From Schizochytrium sp. TIO01 (lineage: Eukaryota; Protista; Bigyra: Labyrinthulomycetes): DNA of 64,000 nucleotides. Position numbers and translations under genes: made by a program. The first letter of the stretch is position 1, and each line of letters starts with the position of its first letter. Where the stretch lies: contig SMSO01000031.1 of NCBI GenBank assembly GCA_004764695.1, forward strand, positions 410,436 to 474,435. The letters run 5' to 3'. Below are positions 45,601 through 57,600 of the stretch, piece by piece. The notes below the pieces were generated by a model, which worked only from the letters and a program-made list of their open reading frames with translations, had not been told where the DNA came from and ran no database searches.

Positions 45601-48600
45601 ACAAGTGCAGCTTACTTGGCGCTTTCGTTGCAGGAGGCACTAAAATCTGGGGAAGTTATTCAAGTATCTCGCCAAGATGATTCACCAAATCGAACCTGGT
45701 ATATTACTTACACCGATCGCGTTGGCGACGTTCCTGATGATCTTCTGAGTTGTGCAAATAGCGATGTGACAATTGCAACTCAGGTAAATGGAACTGGGCA
45801 AAGCTTGAGTGGAGGCTTTCAGCTCCGCTACAATGGCGTGAGTTCTGATTACCTGACGTTCAATGCAAGTGTAGGGGATATAGAAACTGCCCTAGAAAGA
45901 ATTAACCGAGCAGCAATTAGCATAACTCGTAGTTCAAGCCCAGATATCAACGGTGGATACTCATGGAATATTACTTCTGGTCGTGAAATGGAAATTGATG
46001 TGGTTTATGCAGACTCTCTTTTTGGAACCAATGCAGTCGCTCGCTTCAATCCCCTCACATCCCTACCAGACCGTAATGAAACCTTTCAGCTATTTTATGA
46101 AATGGAGTACACTAGATCTCTTGGGTTTAGTACTTCCGCTTCGGAACTTCAGGAGGCTCTCGAGGCGTTAGAAAAAATAGATGCTGTAATTGTATCACGA
46201 GCTGGGCCAGACAAATATGGTAATATAACTTGGATGATCACCTTTATGCCTTTGATCGACGGGGAATACACGAAGAATTATGGAGCTCAGCCAATCTTCA
46301 CAGTAGATGAAGAAATGCTTCACCGTGTAGATGTTCAAAGGGTTTCGTATGGCACACGTGCTTTTGACGGAAATTTGACTCTATCTCTCGGCAACGGAAA
46401 CAGTCAAACTGTTCAGATGGGTCCTGAATGGTCTAGTACTATGCTTGCCAACCAGGTACATGCAGCATTACAAAGCCTATATGTTAATATGACAAATGAG
46501 GTAGATGTCATTCAAACTGGTCCCACTGTTGATGGAACCGTATCGTGGGAATTTGAAATGCCTTGGAATGGGAATGAATACGACAAGTTAAATGTTGCTG
46601 CAACTGGCTTTGAAGGAGTAGCTACTCTGGCCAGCATTGGATACAGCTCTTACGCAGAGCCTGAGCTTTCAGGAAAATTTAAACTTATTGTAAACAACAG
46701 CATTGATTCAACAGAAGCTCTGTTTATGAATGCTAGTGCAGAAGAACTCCAGCTTGCTCTCGAAGCCCTAGTGGGTGAGGATACTGTGCGTGTGGTGAAA
46801 TTGCAACAGCCGCAAGACCAGAACAACCGAAATTTTTTTTGGGATGTTACATTTCTAGATGATACTTTTGATAACAGTGAAGTGTCCCCAATTCTTCAAC
46901 TGGATGTCTCTGAGATTGCTGGTCCTAATGATCGCGTGGCAAATGTCACTGTTTTGGACGTGGAGACGGTAAATGAAATGCAGATAGTAACTCTTCTTGC
47001 AAAGAACAATAGCGCTCTAGAGGGGTCTTTTGCATTCACTCTTCCTCAATCTTGGTTTCCAGAACCATATTCTAACTTCTCTGCATCAGCAAGGACAACG
47101 GCATACCTTTCCTACAATGCAACCTCGTCTGAAGTAATGCGCGCTATGATGGAGATTTTATCTTTGCATGGTTACAGTACTGATGCAGCTCAGGTGCTTC
47201 AAGTTGAGTCACTCGAAGAATCATCGTGGCGTCTATCTGCACTCTCTGAGCTTGTGGGGGACCTTGAGCCTATTATTGTTCAAACCAGCCGTCTGCGCAG
47301 TTTGGCAAACGTAAGTGTTGTGGAAAAGGTCAATGGTACTACTAAGAGAATATCTGGAGCACTTCGACTTAATGTTATTGGACCATGCTACGACGGAGAA
47401 TGCTATACTCGTGCGTTGAAGTTAGATATTACTTCCTCTACAACAGCTGATGATGTCAAGTCAGCTCTTCAAGTCCTTGACGACCCTTGGTTGTATACAG
47501 CTCAGGTTTTCATGGAAGTAACTGATAACACAGGTGGTAGAAGCTGGACCGTGAGCTTTGCTGATGGCACCCCGTACAGACGGTTGTTTGTCGACACAGC
47601 TTTGTCCACACTTTCTGGAACACGACCTTGGACCCGTGTAGATACATGGGGGCTGGAAAGTCCCACTGGCGAGGTTATGGTTCGCCTTTCTATCAATGGA
47701 CAAGACTTCTCTTTGAGCGAACAATCATATGAATACCTTGAGTTACCAGTTGTCCATGGTGTGTACCCGAACCATGGTTCAACTGCAGGTGGGACACTTG
47801 TTGTGATTTTGGGAGAATATTTAGCAGACCCTGCGAGTGCACGACAGCTATCCTGCCAATTTGGAGATTTGGCACCTATCGAAGCTTTTGCAGTGAATAA
47901 GAGTGCAGTTTATTGTGTAACCCCTGCTGTAGGCTGGGCTGGTCCACGCGAAGTAAAAGTTGGGCCATGGGGTGCTGCTACCTATGCACCTTCACGTGTA
48001 AACTTTACGTTTTCGGAGCCCCTCGTTATTTTCGGCATATACCCTCGCCAAATTCCCCTTGGTCAAGAGTCTGAGGTGCGCATTACAGGAAGTGGGTTTG
48101 TGCCTTCAGATGAACTCGTTTGTAGATTTTCTGTGGCCCAAGCTGCGGAGCAAATCAAACTCCTTGTAACGGCAACATGGCTAGACTCTTTCGAGGTGCA
48201 CTGTAAATTCCCGGCTCATGCAATCAGTGTTGCAAGCAACATGCATGTAGAAGTGTCGAATAACGGACTAGACTTTACTTCATCAAGTTCAGACTTGCTG
48301 GTTTTTGAAGCTCCCAATGTTACCAACGTTTCTCCACGAAGTGGTGCAGCGAATCGAGTTGGTTCAAAACTTGTTCTTAGTGGATCAAACTTTAGTAGCT
48401 CGCCCGAGTTAGCATGTCGCTTTGATGGTGAAATCGTAGCCCCTGCCAAATTCGTAAATGAGGGAGAGGTTTGGTGCTGGACTCCGGTACTAAACCGTTC
48501 TCTTGATAACTTTTCCCTGAATCGTCACCTGCATACAAATGGTGACTTCGTATTTCCTGACACCCACGGATTCCCTCTGTACCAATCAAGGTTGGTTGAC

Positions 48601-51600
48601 TTAGAATTATCAATCAATGGTGCTGACTTTCATCAAACAGGTTTCCGATTTCTTTACACTAAAGAAGCCTCTTTGGATACGGTTTCGCCGGCAAAGGGCT
48701 ACATTGGTACAGCTTCAGGTCTCCACCTATTCCTTCAAGGTTCAAACTTCATCAACTCTACGGATCTTTCTTGTCAGCTTGGACATTTCAATGGAGTAGC
48801 CACATATTTGTCTCCTTCTGCTATGGTTTGTCATATTCGTCTCAGCCCTGATTCTCACGAACTTACTGGGCAAGGCAGACATTTTGTGGTGAGCGTCTCA
48901 AATAATGGGTATGACTTTTCGACTGATTTCGTAGTGTTCGAGAGCCTTGGACAGTGCCCTGAGGGTCGGTACTGCTCTGAGTCAACTCAAGCATTGCCGT
49001 GCCCGCCTGGTGCATATTGCCCTGGTTTAGGGAATGCGAATTTCACACTCTGCCCTCGTGGAACATATCAGCCTATGCCTGGCACTCAAGGTTGCTTACG
49101 GTGTCCAATTGGATATGCCTGCCCAGAAAATGGCATGCGAGTTCCACGTATCTGCCCTGCTGGCTTTGTATGTGACGTGACAGGTACAGAAGAGCCACGC
49201 CAACCCTGCCCTGAGGGCCACTTTTGTCTTGAAGGTACAGCAACCACAGCTACCACTTGCGGTGATCCATCAGAACTTTCGAGTGAATTAACACCTTCCC
49301 GCCGCCTCGGAGAGTTGAGTGGGACCATTCGCAAGCATCGATCTCCTTTTGGCGGGGATTTTGTTCTTGGATCCCGAAACTCAGCATGCTGGAGCAATTC
49401 CACCTCTGATTTTGGCCTGCAAGTAACACACTATCCTGGGCGCTTCTGGTCTGAGCGGCATCTGCTTCCGCTGGACCCCTACACTCCATTTTCCCCTATG
49501 CGTGGACGTTATTGTCTTGACGACAGCTGTATGCGATTAAGTGACAGCGACGCCATGCGAGTTACAGATTATGCTTTCACGTACACCAACTTCAATTTGC
49601 GTAGACCGGTACCTTGTCCTGCTGGCACCTACTGTGCTCCAGGTACTGCTGTCGGGGAAAGCAACATGAAAAATTTTACTACTCCTCAGCCTTGTTTTGA
49701 GAGTATGTATTGTCCAGAGGGTAGTGCATCGCCTCAAGGTGTGGGGGATTGCCCCGCAGGTTTCTATTGCCCCTTTGGAACACGCTTACCTTGTCCACCA
49801 GGGACATACTGTCCCCGAGAAGGAATGGATACTCCCCTTCCGTGCCCTCCTAGTACTTTTAATAGTATGGTGGGGCAAACAGCATGTGTTTCTTGCGCGC
49901 CTGGCTACTATTGTCCTGGCTTTGGTCGTGTAGATCCTGCTACTTGTCCTCATGGGTTTGTTTGTTCCGAGGAAGGTTTGAGTAAACCAGATACACGGTG
50001 CCCAGCTGGCTTCTATTGTCCAAATGGTACCATGACCTCTGACGTGTTCCGTAATGATACCACACGGCGTCCATACCCTTGCTACCCCGGTACATATTGC
50101 CCGGGTGGTGTTGGCTACAATCAATCGATTGAAGGAGATTATCTATACGCTCAGCCATGCGCCCAAGGATTTTACTGTGAGCTTGGTTCCACATCGCCGA
50201 AAGGAGCAGGGTTGTGTCCAAAAGGATTTTATTGTCCTCCTGGTACAGCTGTTCCTATTCCTACTGCCCCCGGCTCATTTGCGTACATGGAAGGTACTGT
50301 GCAAGCTGCAAAATGCTTGCCTGGGTATTATGCTCCGACCATTGAGACAGTTTCTTGCTACCCATGTCCCGCCGGTACACAATGTGTAAACGATGGCACA
50401 TCAGAAGCTCTCATTTGTCCACCGGGTACATACAAAACAATGACTCAACCTGGCGAGAGTGTGGTATGTAAAGGCTGCCCAGCAGGCACTTGGTCTAAAA
50501 ACTGGGAACTTCGGGATGACAGTGAGTGTACGATCTGCCCACCAGGTGTAACATGCCCTATGGATGGTATGTCATTTCCATGCTCATATGACGATTTGCC
50601 AACACCATATACTCCCACGGGGCTCAGCGAATCCAAATATAAATGTACGAACAAGGGGTCCAACTTTTATTATGGTTACCTGGAATGGCCAATTGATGAA
50701 CGAGGCCGTGGTCCAAACCTTGTAACATCTACCAAGGTTCAAGGCGCAACTGAAATTATTCAAGATGACGAAGGAAACAATATCACTGTTACTGTCCAAT
50801 GCTACAGTAACTTGCAGCCTGAAGGCAGTAAGGTCTATCAGCGTTTTCAAGATTATCACGGTCCACGTTATGAAATTCAGTCTGGCGGTGTGTACCATCA
50901 AGGGTATGGCGATGGAACCTATGAAGGTTATTATGGACGAGGATCGCTTTATATTGAACAGCCAGTTTCAAACATATACTATTCTGCACGAAACTGTACC
51001 CCTGGTTATTTCACGTATAACACAACTAGTCGAACGGACTCATGGGTAGTTGGCACATGTGAAGCAGATTTAATTTGTGCATACACCAATAAAGCAGAGG
51101 CCCAACCATGCAATGAGGGATATATTTGCGGAAATGGCACAAACGCTCTTACAGCACTTGATATTGAATGTGCACCTGGTTATTACTGTGACTTTGGAAC
51201 GACAACCGATGTCAGCTTGGAAGCTCCACAAGGACGTTATCATGACCTCTGTGAGGAAGGTTACTACTGCGAACGAGGCACTGGCGCAGGCCAAGCTCAG
51301 TCAAAGTCATGCCCCGTAGGATACTTTTGCCCTACTGGACTCGGAAATCCATACATGGGACTTCCTGCGGGCGACTCACTTGTGAGATTTTTGAACGAGA
51401 CATCTGCAAATCCTTTCTATGACTACCTGTATATTGCCATGTGGGACCCAGAAAACTTTGAACCGCGTGAAATATCCGCGCATGATGACCGCTGCTTCAA
51501 AGGCATCAACGAGGACCTTCAGGAGACTTATCGCATGAAAAGAACAGCAGATGGGCTGTACGATGGCTATATTTCGGTTGCAATTGAGAATGACCTACAA

Positions 51601-54600
51601 TGTGGTCGTGATCACAAGTGGCGGCTTATATCGGATACAATTGACCGTCTTCGCTGTGACTGTGATGTATTCAAGGCGCGCGCTTTACTGATATACAGTT
51701 TGTGGGATTGTACGAGAAACAACAACAGTGACGCATGTGCAGAACTTGCAAGCGATGCTGATGGGTTTTACGCTAAGTTTGAATACACCACAAGTGAGCT
51801 GAAGTTCATCAAGGCACGAAAACTTTGTGATCATGCACTTGATCCAAGTATTGAGTGTGATGACGTTCCCCATGGGGATCTTCTTGTTGTAGAGACCAAT
51901 GCCACATCAACTGTTGTATATGATATGGAGACATATTGTGAGGGAACAGACTACCCAGAAAATTGTATGCTTTTCAAATTTCGAAACGATGCTTCTCAGA
52001 CACATCGAAGGAGCATGGCATTCAACTCCTACGATGATCTGAAGGCATTTGTATACTCGGAAGAAGACAACCTTATTGATGATGATGATGCAACCACAAT
52101 GGGAGAACGTCTCAGAGATCGTTACGGCATTACATCTTCGTCATCGTTTGACCCATATCAGGGAACATTTAATACTCAAGTTGACAACAAAATGGATTGC
52201 TCGCAAACTGATCGGTGTTCATACATTGATGCGATTCTCTATGATCTTTGGGGGTCTATTCAGATTATTGACGAATTTGGAACTGATGCAAAGGCATTAC
52301 TGAGTTCAGACCGTCTCGATTCTTGCGCATGCCAGGACTTGGCAAGGTGTCCAGATGGAACAACTTCTTCAACAGGGGCTACTAACATTTATGCCTGCGT
52401 GAAAAGTGGAGATGAGGTCCTTACACGTTTAATGCCGCTGGTACCAATGAATCCAATCATTAACATGAGTGGATGGGAAGATACACTAGAGATCATGGAT
52501 CGCGAGGAGACTGACGAGGAAGCAGCCGCTGGACTTTTTGGTGACTATGTATCGGACGGCTATGTTGGCCTTGGCACTATTGCTCTCAAGGCCTGGGACA
52601 TTGCAGTTGTGACTTTAGACCTTCGTAGTGTATTGCGTAATATGACGTACAACGACCACTACCAGTTGTCCATATATCTAGATTGTAAACCGTGTCAGGT
52701 TCGAGTTATTTGCGACAGCTTGGATGAGACAGAACGTCCTGACTGCTGTGATTGCTCGCGGCACGGTTTACCTTACTGGTTTGAGGACGTCAATTATGAC
52801 CCAGAGGACTACCCTGATGACAAGCATGCTCTAGTCCAGGTCAACATTGCAGCACAGCGGGACCTTGAAGTTGTTTTTGTCCTCGAGCTTGTTCATGGTT
52901 TATACTACGGTCCGTTCCAGGACATCTCACCTGCCGCAGGCGATATTGTTATTCATCGCCCGTCGCGCGCTAATTGGGGTGAACGAGACCAATTTATCGC
53001 CGTTATTGTGCGTTCTGACTTCGAGGATCTCGGTCTACCCTACAACTTGCCACTCAGCATGCGCAGTTCTGGATCAACGTCAGGTTCTGAATATAGTCAA
53101 TACGAAGTTGAGGATGACGCTTTTATCGATCGTGTTGCGCGCATTCATATTGGTGATCCTGACTATGGTACTCGCTCGAACACGGAATTTAGCAACAGTT
53201 CAGCATCCAGTCGTAGGCGAAGTCTTGCAAACTATACGTCTCTAGATGATTTACTGAATGGGGGTACAAGCAACTCCTCTAACACCACACTAGAGTACGT
53301 AGCACGAGATCCTTCAAGTCTACTTGCTCGGGATGACGGATGGTGGGATCTAGTCGACGACGATGGTACGGACTTCTTTGGATTGCATTATTTGCCATTT
53401 ATGAGCAATTGCCGAGAGTATGACTCACATATTTACTTCAGCAAGGTTTTAGAAATGCATCCAGAACCATACTGTACACATGTTTCCCTTGAGGAAACTA
53501 TTTACGTGAGCCCATACCCATGGAAGCACCAGACCGAACCCCAAGCGGACGACTGCAGGTTACCACCTGACGAGCTTGATGCATTGTATGCTCCAGACAA
53601 ATTTTGTGTGGATTCTGAAGATTGCAAGTCTAAGGAAGCTGAGTATCCTGGTATGGGCCTTTCGTGCACATATGAAGAGGAAATCTATCGTGCTGCTGAT
53701 AAGACTCGTTGGTACGAAGCAAGCGAGGGAACAACCTTGTTTCATATCACCAAATACCCTGTCAATGTTGATGATTTTGTTACATCTGGCAGTGAAAAAT
53801 GGGGCCGCCGTTCAAATCTTGCTGCTCTTGTAGGCACTGAAAATTTGATTCCCATTGAAGTTGAGGAGGACTATGGAAGTCAAGAGAATCTTGTTCCGCG
53901 TAAAGTTTATTTTTACTTAATGTACTACCAGTACACTGCGGAGCGCAAGTCGATCGTTTATGGATCCATTCGTTTTGATGATATGTGCACCATTAGTGAT
54001 GACCCCACGGTGATTGAGAAGTTTTCAAAGTATGACCCTCCCATTGGAGAATGTGATAGCGATGACTATGACTACACTGTCTACTTTCGATGGAGTCCTC
54101 TTGGATGGTTTGACTTGATTAACAACTTCCAGTTCAGTTGGGATGTATATGCCCTCTTTTTCATGGTTGTTGGATTCGGAAGTGCAATGGTGGGTATGGT
54201 GTTGTGGATCTTCTCGCGGGTGCTCACAAGGCTTAAACACCCACCTCCTTTCAAATTCTTCTCTTTTTACCGAACTGTGGCCAAACCATCATCCTACGGA
54301 ATGTTCCTCTCCTCGGTGCCAGTTGCATTGGTGGGTCTGGTAACTCTAACCTGGTTCACGTGGCTGGCCTCGGATGATGCATCTGTTTCTCCTTCCGCTG
54401 TCACTTTCGAAGGCATCACCGGAAACTTCCAGGACACTCTTATTCTGACCGACAGCAACCGTGAGCGCTATCGCAAAGGACGAATGGGAATGGTTTTCAT
54501 TGTTAGTGCGTTTTACATGATTTATGCTTCTGTTAAGCTTGCCATTCCTGCGAATCGATTTGATGAGCGCCGACGTGACGAACGTGCAAAATATGGAATT

Positions 54601-57600
54601 AACCGTGGAGATAATGATGACCTAGAAGAGCTCGATGATGATGAGCTCGAAGCAAGTGCTGCTTGGCGCCCACGCTTCTGGAAGCGTGCTCATGTCATCT
54701 TAGTGAGCTTAGTAGAGTGCCTAGGCTTATTGGCTATCTTTGAGTTTTCATACAGCAACACTTTTGAGACATATGTTATGGAATTCCTTGTGTGCTTCAA
54801 AATTTCGCATATGCTCTTTAACATTTTCTTGCAGGATGTTTTACGAGATGTCCTATTGATCGCTCCATTTGTCGTAGTCATTCAGGTAGTGGAAATGGTG
54901 GTGACAATGGGTTCATCTGATTTCATGGACTTTGTGGTATCATATGAGGTGGAATTGGGCATGATGTTGGTGGAGAGATTGTTCGCGGAGCCTATGGTTG
55001 ACCATGTTCTACTCATGCTCCCGAAATGGAAACTAATGTTTCGTCGCAAGTTCATCAACAACAGCCGTAAAATGACACGGGATCAGCGCGCACGTGAAGA
55101 AGCTGAATGGAAAAAAGTGAATGAGCTTATTGCACTTGAGACAGAGGGCGTTGAGCCCCTCCTTGGAGCTTACGCATCTTATGTCAACTCAGCTCAAGCT
55201 TTGATGATGGCGCCATTTGTAAACGTTTTTTTGATCGTCTTCAACAAAACAACGGAGATTCCAGATGGGTATGGTATCCGAGAGACGGATTTGAAATTCT
55301 ATTTCATGTTCTCCTTACTTATTATTCCTTTCACCCTGGCGATGGATATCTTTCTTCTTAGCGTTCAGGAGCTTACATTGGGATTCAAAATGTATGAGTA
55401 TGTGTCTTACCAGCAGTATCGTTTTTCAGTGCGAGAGAATCGATGGCAAATGGATGCTGACACGGTGGACGAAAGCATTGCACCAAAGCTACAGTTCATT
55501 GATAGCTTATGCTTCTCATCGCAATACTATTTCATGGCAGGACTTCACGCCTGGGGAATCGTATTATTTGTGTTTGGTGTGACAGTTCAAATTCGCAATA
55601 CGTACAACCTCTTTGCTGATCCGATGATGCCTGCAATTCTGGCAGTTGTATTAGTTCTATGTGTTATTGTAGAACGTTTACTTCGTAAAATTGGTGATCG
55701 ACTTGGTATTTGGAAGTTGCGGTCCTTGGAAGGCACAGTCGATGATGATGTTGCGAATAAGCTTGCAATTGGTGCTGGGCGTCAAGAAGATCTTGAGCAA
55801 GAGCGTCTTGAGCTACAAGCCATGAACTCTGAGCGCTTCAGGCATCGATTTCTTGAGCGCAACCGCCCTTGGATTCTTCAGCATCTCGCAGAACTTCTCA
55901 CTCCTCGAACACTACAAATGCCAGGGCCAGATGGACGTCCAAACATTGAGTACATTCGTGATGTCTATAATGATCTTGTTGCAATGGGTGAGGGTCGGCG
56001 ACAGGCCGGAGATCGGGAGGACATTTCTTCTGATGAGGAAGATGATCAAGAATTGATGCGTCGTAATTGGTCAAAGGCACCTCTCAGTGCATCGTCAAAA
56101 GCTATTGCACAATATTGGCTCATGCGTGCAAGGCAGCGTCGAGCTTTCTTCAAATTAGTGAAGGGCCATATTGAAAAACAGGTTGATGATGTGTGCAGCC
56201 AGTGTGGACGAAATCAGCAAAGCGGAGTGCAAATGTTTGCCGAGTTGGCTGATGAGAACCACAAACCTGACCCTCGGGCCTTGGACAAGCTTATTCGCGA
56301 GTATGAAGAGGCCTACCCTGGAAAAGGCTTTGATGGGGCACTTTGGCAAGCCTTCTTTCGAGGTCACGCGAAGTTCACAACGCGCTGTCAAATTTGCCTG
56401 GACCAACAACGCCAAGCCGAATTGGCCAAGAAGAGGGAGGCCATGAGAGGACCAGGACCCGGCCGTGTTGCTAGGGCAGTTGATATTTCGTCTGACGAAG
56501 AGGATGAGGCTGACGATGATGTTTATGACCCAGTCATTGTATCGCGGACCTCGGTCGAGGGCCGTGCAATGTCGAAATGGCTTAACGCAGCTCGTACTCG
56601 CCTTGGCGGCGATTTCCCTCGCCCTGACGCCAGAGAGCAGATGAAAGAGTATGCTAACCGGATGAAGGATGCTAAGTTGCGTAAGGAAGCAAGGCGGAAG
56701 TCCCGACGTGGCCAAGGGGGTGCACGTGGTGTTCCTTCTTCATCCGCGAACCCGAATGCTGGCCGGGGCGAGGCTGATTCTCCGATCTTTGGCCAAGTCC
56801 AACTTTCGGCAGCAAGCACTGCAATCTTACAGCGTTGGGTTCGTAACGCACAAGCTTCTCTCGTGACAAAAGGTAAACAAAAAATGACTCAAATCAGGGC
56901 AGACTTAGATGATGTTTTGGACCATATGCGCGAAGAAGATGACTGGTTTTATTCGTCTGACTTCCGCCAGGAAGGCTTGGGCCTAAGGAGAGAAGGTGCT
57001 GATTTGCGAGATCAAGCAATGGCGTTGGATGGAGATGCGCAGATTAAAATCAGTGATCTCGAGCAAGGCCTAGAAGCCTTCCGGATAGAGACGAACCAGG
57101 AGATTGACAGTTTAACAGCTACTCTTGATGAGTACATTCAACAAGAAAAAATTAAGACAATCGAGGAGGCCGAGGACAAAATTCAAGAATTAACGCAAAC
57201 TTTACAGCAATTGAAGGATGATTTCCGCCTTGCCCCGAACCTCACTGCTGCTCAGAGGACCGAAAAAACAAAGAATCATAACCAGCAAGTTCACGATTTG
57301 GAGCAACGCATCGCTAATGAACGTGCACACCAGCTCGAGGAACTTGAGGCAAGACTTCAAGACAAACGTGACGAACTTCGTGGCAATATAGAGAGATTGA
57401 AGCAAACCCTTTCTGTTAAGCGTCGCGAAACGAATGAACAGATTCTTGAGATCCGACAGCAAGTAAATTCTCAGGTCGCGCCTCCAGAGACAAAGTTTCA
57501 ACGTACTGCTCTTGTTTATATCAACAAGGCCAGGCGTAAGATTGAGGCTAAGAAAGAGGAGGATGCGGCAAATGACGTCAACAAGCAACCGCTTGTTAAG

